From NCBI GenBank assembly GCA_020058765.1, contig JAGVDM010000003.1, positions 52,019 to 116,018 of the forward strand: a stretch of DNA of 64,000 nucleotides, in the 5' to 3' direction. Below are positions 27,185-36,675 of this stretch, piece after piece. A program made the translations under genes and the position numbers. The stretch's first letter is position 1; the number at the start of each line of letters is the position of its first letter. The notes beneath the pieces were generated by a model. That model saw only the letters and a program-made list of their open reading frames with translations, was not told the DNA's origin and did not search any database. Origin of the DNA: Candidatus Peribacterales bacterium. GTDB lineage: Bacteria; Patescibacteriota; Gracilibacteria; Peribacterales; Peribacteraceae.

Positions 27185-28471
27185 TTAGAGCCACCCGCGT
27201 ACGCGCATGGCATCGAGCATGCGCTCGATCCCCACGGCGAATGCCGCATGACGGAAGCTCATGTTCTGACGACGGGCTTTGCGGCGTACCGCAGTGAATG
27301 CATCCAGCATCACGCGGCGGAGGCGCTCATCTACCTGTTCGGCCGTCCACTGTTCGCCGCTCCTGCCCTGTGACCATTCAAAGTAACTCACCGTTACTCC
27401 TCCGGCATTCGCCAACACATCGGGGATCACCATAATGTCGCGCTTCTCGAGGATGGCATCGGCCTCTGGTGTAGTGGGGCCGTTGGCAAGCTCCAGTACA
27501 TAGCGCGCTTTGATCTCTTTGGCGTTCTCCTTGGTGATCACGTTATCGAGCGCAGCGGGAATAAGCACGTCACACGGCAGCGTAAGGAGCTCTTCGTTGG
27601 TGACCTTGCGAACGTTATCCAGCTTCATGCGTTCGATATCGCACACAGACCCCTCGCAGTATTCGCCCGTTACCGAACCGGTCTTGTGCTTGTACTTTTC
27701 GATGCGCACCGGATCGAGACCTTCCTCTGCATATACGCCGCCCTGTGAATCGGAAATGCCAACGACTGTATAGCCAGCGTTGTGGAGGAAGTGCGCCATG
27801 TGCGCACCAGCGTTCCCGAACCCTTGAATAACGACTTTCAGTTCATCGGGGTCCAGCGCATCGCGGCTCACAAGCTCCTGCAGAATAAAGAACCCTCCGC
27901 GAGCAGTAGCAGTATCGCGACCAACTGATCCGCCGAAGGACATCGGCTTGCCAGTGATCATCGCCGGGCTGTAGCTGTTCGTGAGCTGTTCATATTCGTC
28001 GCGCATCCACGCCATGATCGTTGGTGTGGTGTTCACATCGGGTGCGGGGCAGTCGATATCGGGCCCCAAGTGATCTTTGAATGCACGAACGTACTCACGA
28101 GACACCGCTTGCAGCTCGCGCTTGGTGAGCTCCTTGGGGTTCACCTGCACACCACCCTTGGCTCCGCCAAAGGGAATACCTACCACTGCGGTCTTGATGG
28201 CCATGAGCGCTGCAAGCGCTTTCACTTCTTCTTCGTCGGCCTCGGCGTGGTAGCGAATGCCGCCTTTGTACGGACCACGGGCATTGTTGAACTGCACGCG
28301 GAATGCGTGATAGCTCTCTTTGCTCCCGTCATCGCGCGTAATGGTGATATCTTTCTTGTGTGTCTTCTGCGGCTCGGCAAACAGATCATTCTCGCCATCG
28401 GCAAGATCGAGTTCTTTGAGCACTGCAGAAAGCGTGTCTTGAAAACGGGAGTACGGCGTAGAAGCGGGCAT
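27185..28471 (-). CDS. gdhA: Glutamate dehydrogenase (Glu/Leu/Phe/Val family)
   Basis: RGPYKGGIRY, GGAKGG, PAPDVNT, QGFGNAG, ANGPTT, NAGGVTVSYFEW. Confidence 0.93.
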   Translation of the reverse strand: MPASTPYSRFQDTLSAVLKELDLADGENDLFAEPQKTHKKDITITRDDGSKESYHAFRVQFNNARGPYKGGIRYHAEADEEEVKALAALMAIKTAVVGIPFGGAKGGVQVNPKELTKRELQAVSREYVRAFKDHLGPDIDCPAPDVNTTPTIMAWMRDEYEQLTNSYSPAMITGKPMSFGGSVGRDTATARGGFFILQELVSRDALDPDELKVVIQGFGNAGAHMAHFLHNAGYTVVGISDSQGGVYAEEGLDPVRIEKYKHKTGSVTGEYCEGSVCDIERMKLDNVRKVTNEELLTLPCDVLIPAALDNVITKENAKEIKARYVLELANGPTTPEADAILEKRDIMVIPDVLANAGGVTVSYFEWSQGRSGEQWTAEQVDERLRRVMLDAFTAVRRKARRQNMSFRHAAFAVGIERMLDAMRVRGWL

Positions 28472-28560
28472 GGATCAAAAGAAGTGAGAAGATGTGCGAT
28501 CAGCATACTCGGCGCACCGCAAAACACAGGTAGACGGAGAAGACTGAAACTCACTCTTGC

Positions 28561-29322
28561 TCAATGCAGCAGTTCAAACAGCCACGCAAACAGGCGTGCC
28601 GCTCCTTCGGGCAAGCGTGGACCAGGTCTGTTGAGGAGCGAATCATCGATCACGCGCACGCACCCTGCTTGCACGGCCGGGAGTGCATCCCACCCTGGGC
28701 GCTTGGTGAGGAGTGTTGGATCGGCGAGTGCGCCCGCACCACACCAACTCACCACAATGAGCTCGGGGTTGAACGCCTGCACTTGCGCGAGTGTCACCTC
28801 GGGGCTCAACGCGCCTGCGGCAACGGGGTACGGCTCACCACCGGCAATGCGTACCATTTCGGGCACCCAGTTGCCCGAAGCAAACGGCGGCTGGTGCCAT
28901 TCTTCTATGTACACACGCGGCTTGCGCGGCAAAAGCGCACCTTTACGCTTGATGTCGTTGAACCCCTGCTGCATGCGCAAGATGAGCTCCCCTGCCGCCT
29001 TGTCGCACCCAACAATTGTGCCAAGCAGGCGAATCCATTCGTAGATCTGCGCAAGCGTGCGCGGATCGTGATACACCACGGGCAGCTCTGCTGCGCGTAG
29101 CTTCTCTGCGAGCTTGGCCTGGATGGATGTACCCAGAAGCACTGCCTCCGGGGCATGCGTGCGCAGTGCTTCCGCGTCCACGTCGGTCATGCCGCGCAAG
29201 TGCGCAAGCGCACGCGCGGCGGGTGGTTCATTGCTAAATTGATCCGTGCACACAATTTGCTCCCCTGCGCCCAATGCAAACAGAATTTCTGTAGAGGCCG
29301 GCGAGAGCGATGCAATGCGCAC
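28561..29322 (-). CDS. Cobalamin/iron-siderophore-type substrate-binding protein (BtuF-like), no signal peptide
   Basis: RIASLSPASTEILFALG, RPGPRL. GTG start 7 nt after TATACT. Confidence 0.85.
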   Translation of the reverse strand: MRIASLSPASTEILFALGAGEQIVCTDQFSNEPPAARALAHLRGMTDVDAEALRTHAPEAVLLGTSIQAKLAEKLRAAELPVVYHDPRTLAQIYEWIRLLGTIVGCDKAAGELILRMQQGFNDIKRKGALLPRKPRVYIEEWHQPPFASGNWVPEMVRIAGGEPYPVAAGALSPEVTLAQVQAFNPELIVVSWCGAGALADPTLLTKRPGWDALPAVQAGCVRVIDDSLLNRPGPRLPEGAARLFAWLFELLH

Positions 29323-29394
29323 GCCGTGAAGTATACGGAATGCTTGCACGTCTCGCCTGGATAGTTAGAGTGACCCCCTTCTCTCTTGCAGCCC

Positions 29395-30582
29395 ATGAGC
29401 AACGGAAAGCACTTCGGCATCCTCGCGAGCGGCGGCAACTGCCCGGGTATAGACGTGGTGGTGCGCAGCTTTATTGAGCAAGCGCAGGATGATGGAAATG
29501 AGGTGTACCCCATCCACAACGGGCTCAACGGACTGCTTGTAAAGCAACAGCTCACGGCGTATCCACTCATGACGCGCTTTCAGCTACAGGAGCTATTTAA
29601 TGGTCATGGCTCCAAGCTTGGTTGCTCACGAGACTTCATTGGCCCACAGCATGCCGAGCGCGCCGCACGCACGATTGCTGAATATGTAGAAGAGTACGGC
29701 CTGGAAACACTCTGCGTGATTGGCGGCGACGGATCTGCAGCAGGTACCAAACATGCCATCGATGCCATGGATACGATCGGCAAGGTGCAGAAGCCAGGCA
29801 TCGTGCTGGCACCCAAGACGATTGATAACGACCTACTGCGCACCGAGCGTACGTTCGGTCACCGCACGGCGGTAGCGAATATTGCGTGGAACCTGCGCAC
29901 TATTCGTAACGATGCCATGAGCCACAAGCGGGTGAACTTGGTGCAAGTGCCCGGGCGCGAAGCGGGCTGGCTGGCACTCCGCGGTGGCAAATCTGGCGGC
30001 GCAGACTACACGCTCATCCCCGAGCAACCCGTGCCAGTAGAAGAGATCTGCCAACGCATAGTGGATCTGTATGCTGCACAGCAACACGTGATCGTGTGCG
30101 TGGGGGAAGGGTTCGTACCGGAAGGTGTGGAGGAAAAAGATGTAAAGACCACAGACGAGAACGGCAACAACGGCAGGTTCACCCCGGCAGCCTACCTTGC
30201 GGGCAAGCTCAACGAGCAAATGGCTGGCCAGTTCCCACACATCAATAGCGAAAAACTACCTGCGCGCGCCGTATCTATCGACTCCGAGCAGCTGCGCGGA
30301 CTACCACCCACTCCTACAGACATTATTTTCTGCGAAGAAGTAGGCGCTACGGCAGCGCACTTGGCCAACGAAGGCATTCGCGATGTGGCGATTGTGCGCA
30401 AACACGGCGAAGTGGACGTTGTGCCGCTCGCAACGATCGTCGGTGGGGCACGCGGTGTGCCCGAAGGTGCGTATGACCGTCAGAAACTCCGCATGCGCGA
30501 CATCCCCGGCGGCTTCGATGCGCGACTACAACACTACAAGCAATCGCTGATCAACGACGAAAGTGGTACACTCCCGTCATGA
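29395..30582 (+). CDS. pfkA: 6-phosphofructokinase family protein (divergent)
   Basis: GILASGGNCPG, IGGDGS, PKTIDND, GR.AGWLA, LIPE. Confidence 0.85.
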   Translation: MSNGKHFGILASGGNCPGIDVVVRSFIEQAQDDGNEVYPIHNGLNGLLVKQQLTAYPLMTRFQLQELFNGHGSKLGCSRDFIGPQHAERAARTIAEYVEEYGLETLCVIGGDGSAAGTKHAIDAMDTIGKVQKPGIVLAPKTIDNDLLRTERTFGHRTAVANIAWNLRTIRNDAMSHKRVNLVQVPGREAGWLALRGGKSGGADYTLIPEQPVPVEEICQRIVDLYAAQQHVIVCVGEGFVPEGVEEKDVKTTDENGNNGRFTPAAYLAGKLNEQMAGQFPHINSEKLPARAVSIDSEQLRGLPPTPTDIIFCEEVGATAAHLANEGIRDVAIVRKHGEVDVVPLATIVGGARGVPEGAYDRQKLRMRDIPGGFDARLQHYKQSLINDESGTLPS

Positions 30583-31187
30583 AGCGCCTTTCCTCACTGA
30601 TTCTTTGCACCGCAATGCTTGCTGCGTGCACTCCTGCCGTACCGCAAAAGCCCGAGCAGCCACCGGTACCGCCAGTGCAACAAGAACCACTGAGTCTTGA
30701 GCAAACCGCAGAAGATATTCTGATGACACTGAAGTCCGAGGACATTGCCGCATTTGCACAGTACGTACACCCTGTAGATGGTGTGCGCTTTACGCCGTAC
30801 ACATACGTACAGGAAAGCGACATCGTGCTGCTCGCCGAGAACATTGTAACTCAGTACGAGGGCGACACCGTGTACACGTGGGGCAGCTTTGATGGATCTG
30901 GTGATCCGATCGGCCTCACCTTCTCCCAGTACATCGATCAGTTCGTCTGGACGCAGGACTTCACCCAAGCAGAAGATGTTCTGTGGGATGATCCTCAATC
31001 ACGCGGCAATGGCATCAACAATGCTGTGGAATTCTACGGACCAGAAGCCCGGATAGTGGAGTACCACTTCCCAGGCTTTGATCCACAGTACGAAGGAATG
31101 GATTGGCAGAGCTTGCGCCTCGTACTCAAGCAGCACGATGGCAACTGGAAGCTCGTGGGAATCATCCACGATCAGTGGACGATTTAA
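30579..31187 (+). CDS. Hypothetical lipoprotein
   Basis: LAAC lipobox; C-terminal DWQSLRLV...WKLVGIIHDQWTI. Confidence 0.8.
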   Translation: MKRLSSLILCTAMLAACTPAVPQKPEQPPVPPVQQEPLSLEQTAEDILMTLKSEDIAAFAQYVHPVDGVRFTPYTYVQESDIVLLAENIVTQYEGDTVYTWGSFDGSGDPIGLTFSQYIDQFVWTQDFTQAEDVLWDDPQSRGNGINNAVEFYGPEARIVEYHFPGFDPQYEGMDWQSLRLVLKQHDGNWKLVGIIHDQWTI

Positions 31188-31882
31188 GAAGAAACAGAAG
31201 ACGTAGACGATGTATCGAAGCGTTCCTCAGGAATAGCTTCATCGCGTGTGGTCGGCCCCACTACACGATGTGTAGATACAGGGCGACCCGTTGCTGATCG
31301 TGGCAATACAGACGCGGGGTTGACGAACGCCTCCAGTTCCTCGGCGGATTCCACGTAGCCGCGCATATCTGTATCTGCACCGCGGTGAATGCCGAGGTGC
31401 AGATGTTTGCGGTTCCACCCGCTCCAGAGCGTGCGATGCGCGGCAAGTATGCCAAGTTGTTCTCCGGCTTTAGGCGTTTCGCCTTCGGGCATCATGTCCT
31501 CTTGTGCCAAGTGGCCGTAGAGCACAGTCACCTCTTCGTTCTCAATCATGCATCGCTGTACCAGCAAACCGCCATACCCCTCGGCAAAGCCGCTGTAGAG
31601 CACGGAGCCGTCGCAAATAGCATAGACCGGCACATCTGTACGCAATTCACTCTCGCGAATTTCGTAGTCCAACCCCGCGTGGTAGCCGGTGAATCGTTCC
31701 GGCGGATCGATAGGGTTGTGCTCGCCATCGGGCGTAACGTACATGCCAAATAGCAGTGCAGTAGGGCGAGTGCGCGCATCGCTAATGGGCGCAGGCAATC
31801 CGTTGCCTATGCAGCCCGTAAGCAGAAGGCCTACGAGCATAGGCGCGTAGAGCGCAAGGTATGGGAAGGAAGTGGAACGCAT
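31184..31882 (-). CDS. M23 family metallopeptidase lipoprotein
   Basis: LTGC lipobox; HAGLD, LYGHL, HLH. Confidence 0.88.
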   Translation of the reverse strand: MRSTSFPYLALYAPMLVGLLLTGCIGNGLPAPISDARTRPTALLFGMYVTPDGEHNPIDPPERFTGYHAGLDYEIRESELRTDVPVYAICDGSVLYSGFAEGYGGLLVQRCMIENEEVTVLYGHLAQEDMMPEGETPKAGEQLGILAAHRTLWSGWNRKHLHLGIHRGADTDMRGYVESAEELEAFVNPASVLPRSATGRPVSTHRVVGPTTRDEAIPEERFDTSSTSSVSS

Positions 31883-31912
31883 AACAAGGAGGAGAAAATC
31901 GAATGAGAGCGA

Positions 31913-32110
31913 TTACTGCGCAGTGGTGTCGCTCCCCTGATCGGCATCAGGGAGTACATCCACATTGATCACGGAAGGATTTTGCGGTGTGTCTTCCGCG
32001 CGCTGTTCCAAGAACTGAAAGGCGGAGTAAGCAATGAAGACCACTGCACCAACGGCGACAATCGCCACAAGAATATTGACGAAGGCATTCTGATTCTGCG
32101 TGTTTTCCAT
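31913..32110 (-). CDS. Small single-TM protein
   Basis: MENTQNQNAFVNILVAIVAVGAVVFIAY with a polypyrimidine leader. Confidence 0.6.
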   Translation of the reverse strand: MENTQNQNAFVNILVAIVAVGAVVFIAYSAFQFLEQRAEDTPQNPSVINVDVLPDADQGSDTTAQ

Positions 32111-32135
32111 GGGAAAAAGGGGGAGAAAGAAAAAA

Positions 32136-32381
32136 TTAATCAGCACGACGAACGAGACCGGCAAGACCCAGCAAGAGCATGGCGCCCACAACCGACATGG
32201 CGAGGGAACCAACCGTGCCGTAGGCATGCAGGTTCAGCAGGCCAAACACGGCATTGCCGATCACTGCGCCAAGGATACCCAGGATCAGGTTGCCAATAAG
32301 GCCGAACCCGCGACCCTTCACAAGCACGCCGGCAAGCCAGCCTGCAACAATACCGATAATGATGATCCAAAGAAGATCCAT
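32136..32381 (-). CDS. GlsB/YeaQ/YmgE family membrane protein
   Basis: IIIGIVAGWLA...GFGLIGNLILGILGAVIG...SVVGAMLLL. Confidence 0.9.
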   Translation of the reverse strand: MDLLWIIIIGIVAGWLAGVLVKGRGFGLIGNLILGILGAVIGNAVFGLLNLHAYGTVGSLAMSVVGAMLLLGLAGLVRRAD

Positions 32382-32471
32382 ACGAAAAGGGGGAAGTGCT
32401 ACACACACGAAGACGGACAAATGTGCGTATTCTTACAAAACCCTTTTAATACGTGTGGCACCATACATATC

Positions 32472-32885
32472 GTGCACACGCGTTCTGTAGCTTTGGCACT
32501 CCTGCTCTGCAGTGTATTGAGTGCATGCGTGCAACCAGCGGCCACACCTACGCCCGTGCTGCAGCCCACAGCATCTGGCTCCACCACCCATCTGCTGCCA
32601 CATATACAAGAGACGCATTTGGAGATGCGCGAGAACTACCGCGAAGCAGTAGATCTGCTCGACCGCATGCGCAGAGTGCCCGAACTTGCAGAGGAATATG
32701 CCCTGCTAGAAAAGTACGTTGAGTCACTGAATCAAGACCTCACGGTATTGGACAAACTGGAAGCCATTGCACAGCAACGTGCGCTTACGCAGCAAGAAGC
32801 AGACGATTACCGCCAACGCCGCCGCGACTGGCGTGCCCGGTCAACAGTCGTGTTCAGTGCAGTGGGACAGGGGCTTTCGGAGTGA
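32472..32885 (+). CDS. Hypothetical lipoprotein
   Basis: GTG start; LSAC lipobox followed by a helical domain. Confidence 0.65.
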   Translation: MHTRSVALALLLCSVLSACVQPAATPTPVLQPTASGSTTHLLPHIQETHLEMRENYREAVDLLDRMRRVPELAEEYALLEKYVESLNQDLTVLDKLEAIAQQRALTQQEADDYRQRRRDWRARSTVVFSAVGQGLSE

Positions 32886-32886
32886 G

Positions 32887-32972
32887 TGGTGCCATGGGAG
32901 GGACTCGAACCCTCAATCCCTTGCGAGAACGCGATTTTGAGTCGCGCGCGTATACCATTCCGCCACCATGGC
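32887..32972 (-). tRNA. tRNA-Leu(CAA)
   Basis: Reverse complement GCCATGG...CGCGA-CTCAAAA-TCGCG, long variable arm, TTCGAGT, CCATGGC-ACCA. Confidence 0.95.
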
Positions 32973-33020
32973 AAAGGGCTGCGTAGATCATCTCATGAAT
33001 TTTTGGTTACGCATATATTT

Positions 33021-33387
33021 CTTCCCTCTGTTCTTTTTGTACCCAAAAAGAACCAAAAAGGTTCGCTCCTGTGATTGCTCACGGAGCAGCCTTTCCCAAT
33101 TGCTCCGCTACAAAAATGATCCCACTCCGCTCCGCCGCTCCGCATTTTTGCCACGCTCCGCAATTGGAGGCTGCAACCGCTCACAATCAATGTCGCGATT
33201 GATGAACGGTATTTCATTACTCGTTCCCCACACCCGCAAAATGCAGTGCGCAGCAAACAAAGATCAAGACTGCTGTACGCAACATACTGCAGGACTGTTG
33301 TACGTATGGTGAGTGTTTGCGAGCATCATTTTGCGGTGATTTTTCTTTGGTTCTTTCTTTTCATGGAAGGAAAAGAATGAAGGGAAA
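33021..33387. other. Structured intergenic element with inverted hairpin-bearing ends (MITE/REPIN-like or ncRNA)
   Basis: AAAGAACCAAA 33047-33057 vs TTTGGTTCTTT 33346-33356; TTCCCT vs AGGGAA; terminal hairpins; CCGCAAAATG vs CATTTTGCGG. Confidence 0.5.
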
Positions 33388-33488
33388 AGACACTTTTGCG
33401 CGCAGTACCCTGGTAGTTCCTTGCTCATCGCAAAAATACCCAATGTCCGTGCAGGTAAACGCGACAAAGTCGGGTATGCTGCATCTAC

Positions 33489-34814
33489 ATGAAACAGTTC
33501 AATACATTCACCTTCGAAGGGTACGACCTCGACCGCGAAAGCGGCACTGTTTCGCTGCGCTATAACCTGGATGGCACAACCGAATTCACCGAAAAGCTGC
33601 TCCTCCCCACAAAGGGAATGGTGCGGTACGACGAGCATACGGTGGATCGGGCACTGCATACGCTGCACCTGTTTGGCGGGGCCAGTTACTACAAAACCTG
33701 CTGCCCCAAGACAATTGCAATACACACTGCACCCCTCACTGCGGAGCGTGCAGCATTCTGGAACACCGTGTACCAAAAGGGTTTGGGAGAATTCTTCTAC
33801 AAGAACAAGGTAGATTTCCGTGGGCTCATTGCCTTCCCCGCAACAGCGAGCAACACGCCAGAAGTAGATGGCAAGCCACGTGCAGCGGGTAAGCGCGTGC
33901 TGGTGCCAATTGGTGGCGGCAAAGATTCCACGGTAACAGTGGAGCTCCTCAAGGCTGCCGGGTTCGACGTCACGCTCCTGCGCATGGGTAGCCACCCGAT
34001 TATTACGGAGACTGCGCGGATTGCGGGTGTGCCGATGCTCACAGTGGAGCGTCACCTCTCTGGTGCGCTGTTCGACCTCAATGCGCAGGGTGCACTCAAC
34101 GGTCATGTGCCTATTACGGGGTACCTCTCTGCACTCTCTGTGTTGGTGGCACTCCTGTATGGGTTCGATTCCGTGGCGTTTAGCAATGAGCAAAGTGCCA
34201 GCGAGGGCAACGTGGAGTACTTGGGTATGGAAGTAAACCACCAGTGGAGCAAGAGCGTGGAATTTGAGCGGATGTTCCAGGAATACCTTGCAGATTTCGT
34301 CACTACGGATGTGCAGTACTTCAGCCTGCTACGGCCATGGAGCGAGCTCAAAATTGCACAGGCGTTCAGCAAGTATCCGCAGTACTTCCCGGTTACCACA
34401 AGCTGCAACGCCAACTGGCGTGTGCTCAAGGAACGCCCAAAGGAACGCTGGTGCGGGGCGTGCCCCAAGTGCGCATTCGCATTCGCGGTGCTCGCAGCGT
34501 GGGTGCCAGCCGACGATTTGATCAACGCCTTTGGCGCCAATCTGTTTGAGAGCGATGCACTGCTGCCAACGTTCGACGAGCTGCTGGGTGTATCTGGTAA
34601 TAAGCCGTTTGAGTGTGTGGGCACGCCGGAGGAAACACGTGCGGCGTTCCTACTCGCCGCACGGCAGGAAGCATTTGCCCACACTGCGGCAATGCAGCTG
34701 TTTGAAGCGGAATGCCGGCGCGATATTGCCGATGCGGATGCACTCATTGCCGATGCACTCGAACCAAGCGACGATCACGCCGTTCCTCCTGCATATCTCC
34801 ATGCGCTTGTCTGA
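33489..34814 (+). CDS. murL: UDP-MurNAc-L-Ala-L-Glu epimerase
   Basis: SYYK, VPIGGGKDS, LNGHVPIT, NHQWSKS, SCN, WCGACPKC, KPFECVG; overlaps murD. Confidence 0.88.
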   Translation: MKQFNTFTFEGYDLDRESGTVSLRYNLDGTTEFTEKLLLPTKGMVRYDEHTVDRALHTLHLFGGASYYKTCCPKTIAIHTAPLTAERAAFWNTVYQKGLGEFFYKNKVDFRGLIAFPATASNTPEVDGKPRAAGKRVLVPIGGGKDSTVTVELLKAAGFDVTLLRMGSHPIITETARIAGVPMLTVERHLSGALFDLNAQGALNGHVPITGYLSALSVLVALLYGFDSVAFSNEQSASEGNVEYLGMEVNHQWSKSVEFERMFQEYLADFVTTDVQYFSLLRPWSELKIAQAFSKYPQYFPVTTSCNANWRVLKERPKERWCGACPKCAFAFAVLAAWVPADDLINAFGANLFESDALLPTFDELLGVSGNKPFECVGTPEETRAAFLLAARQEAFAHTAAMQLFEAECRRDIADADALIADALEPSDDHAVPPAYLHALV

Positions 34815-36084
34815 ACTGAGCGGCAAAAAGGTGTGCATTCTCGGCTTTGGCCGAGAGGGCAGGGCGATGCTTGCCGCCATTGAGCGCGATGCGCCAGAGG
34901 CAGAAGTGACGATTGCAGATATCAACTCCACAATCAGTGTTCCAGAGCGTCACGGGAAGCAAGTAGGTGAAGGCTGGCTCCAGAACTTGCAGCACTTCGA
35001 TGTGATCATCCGGTCGCCGGGTATTCCACCACAGCCCGCGCTGCACGCTGTAAAAGACAAACTTACGAACACAACACAGATCTTCTTGGATACTGTTGCA
35101 GGAACAGGAGCAGTGGTGATCGGCATTACGGGCTCAAAAGGCAAAAGCACTACATCGAGCCTGATTCATCACATTCTTCAGGAGGGCGGCCGCGAGAGCC
35201 TGCTTGTAGGCAACATTGGCGAACCAGCAATCGCCCACATCGATGCAGCCAAAGACGGCATGATCTTCGTACACGAAATGAGCAGTTACCAGCTCATGGA
35301 TGTGCATTCTAGTCCTGCGATGGCCGTGATCACGGCGTTCTTCCCGGAGCATTTGGATTACCACGGTTCACTGGATGCCTACCGCGATGCAAAAACGAAC
35401 ATTGGGCGCTTTCAGGAACCTGAAGATGTGATCTTCTACGATGCGGCATCGGAAGGTGCTCGCATGATCGCCGAGGAAAGCCAAGGACGCAAAGTACCAT
35501 TCACCATGAACGACTGTCCCGTTGCCATACAAGAAACACAGCTCATTGGGGCGCATAATCTGCGCAACATGGGTGCGGCATTCTTGGTGGCTCGGTCACT
35601 CAGTATTCCGGTGGAAACATGCATAAGCGCTCTGCGTTCTTTTAAGCCGCTCCCCCATCGCCTGCAATTGGTGAGCGAAGCGAAGGGCATTCGTTGGGTG
35701 GACGACGCCATTTCCACCACACCGGAATCTGCCATTGCAGCAATTGATGCGCTCGACGGACACGTGGGCAGCATTATTTTGGGCGGGCAGGATCGCGGCT
35801 ACGACTTTGCCCCACTCGGGGAACGCATTGCGCATTCCACGATCGCCACAGTGATTTTGGTACCAGATAGCGGCACAACAATTGAAGCGGCACTGCGCAG
35901 TGCCAAGGCAAAAGCGCACATTGAGCATGCGCCAACTATGCAGGAGGCCGTGCGACTTGCCGCACTGCACACACCCAAAGGAACTACGTGCCTGCTTTCT
36001 CCAGCATCACCCAGCTACAACATGTTCAAGAACTTCGAAGAACGAGGGCGCGTGTTCGCAGAATCCATCGCAGCACTCGCTTAG
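34801..36084 (+). CDS. murD: UDP-MurNAc-L-Ala:glutamate ligase (probably MurD2, L-Glu-adding)
   Basis: LGFGREG, SPGI, GITGSKGKSTT, EMSSYQL, HLDYHG, LPHRL, LLSPASPSY. Confidence 0.92.
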   Translation: MRLSELSGKKVCILGFGREGRAMLAAIERDAPEAEVTIADINSTISVPERHGKQVGEGWLQNLQHFDVIIRSPGIPPQPALHAVKDKLTNTTQIFLDTVAGTGAVVIGITGSKGKSTTSSLIHHILQEGGRESLLVGNIGEPAIAHIDAAKDGMIFVHEMSSYQLMDVHSSPAMAVITAFFPEHLDYHGSLDAYRDAKTNIGRFQEPEDVIFYDAASEGARMIAEESQGRKVPFTMNDCPVAIQETQLIGAHNLRNMGAAFLVARSLSIPVETCISALRSFKPLPHRLQLVSEAKGIRWVDDAISTTPESAIAAIDALDGHVGSIILGGQDRGYDFAPLGERIAHSTIATVILVPDSGTTIEAALRSAKAKAHIEHAPTMQEAVRLAALHTPKGTTCLLSPASPSYNMFKNFEERGRVFAESIAALA

Positions 36085-36614
36085 GCCTGGCTGCCGTCGC
36101 CTACTTTTACTTTGGCGGGGCGTAGCACGCGCCCGTTGAATTCATACCCATCCTCGAACACCTCGAGGATGACATCTACAGCGCCGGGACCCGCTTGCAA
36201 TACTTCGTGCCGTACGGGATCCACTGGTTGCCCTTCGCATTCCATGCGCTTGAGGCCTGCCTCTTCGAGCCGACGTAGGAGATCCTGCTCCACTGCTTGT
36301 ACGCCTTTTACCCATTCCGCATCGGCGAGCTCCGCGGGCAAGTGCTTGAACGCTCTGCGAAAGTTATCGACCGTTGGCAGCAAGCGCTCGACGATGCCGG
36401 CAGCAGCGAAGAGGCGAATATCTGCCGCCTCACGCTGGAGGCGCTCTTTGGCATTCTGCAAATCTGCCTGCGACCGACCTGCAATATCTCGCAAGCGAGC
36501 CAGCTCTGCACGAGCGGCTTCCAACTCCTGCACCGGTGGTGCTACGGCATCGTCACCAGTGGTGGCTGCCGCAGCGCTGTCATCTGCCGGAGGAGTAGGG
36601 TGCTTGCTCGTCAT
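36081..36614 (-). CDS. grpE: Nucleotide exchange factor GrpE
   Basis: ADLQN..R, LLPTVDNF.RA, DP.RHE, GY....RVLRPAKV.V. Confidence 0.92.
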   Translation of the reverse strand: MTSKHPTPPADDSAAAATTGDDAVAPPVQELEAARAELARLRDIAGRSQADLQNAKERLQREAADIRLFAAAGIVERLLPTVDNFRRAFKHLPAELADAEWVKGVQAVEQDLLRRLEEAGLKRMECEGQPVDPVRHEVLQAGPGAVDVILEVFEDGYEFNGRVLRPAKVKVGDGSQA

Positions 36615-36675
36615 TCACTCCCATCATAACGGCAAGACTCGCTTGGGCAACCCATGAGTGCTACATTGTCGCGCA

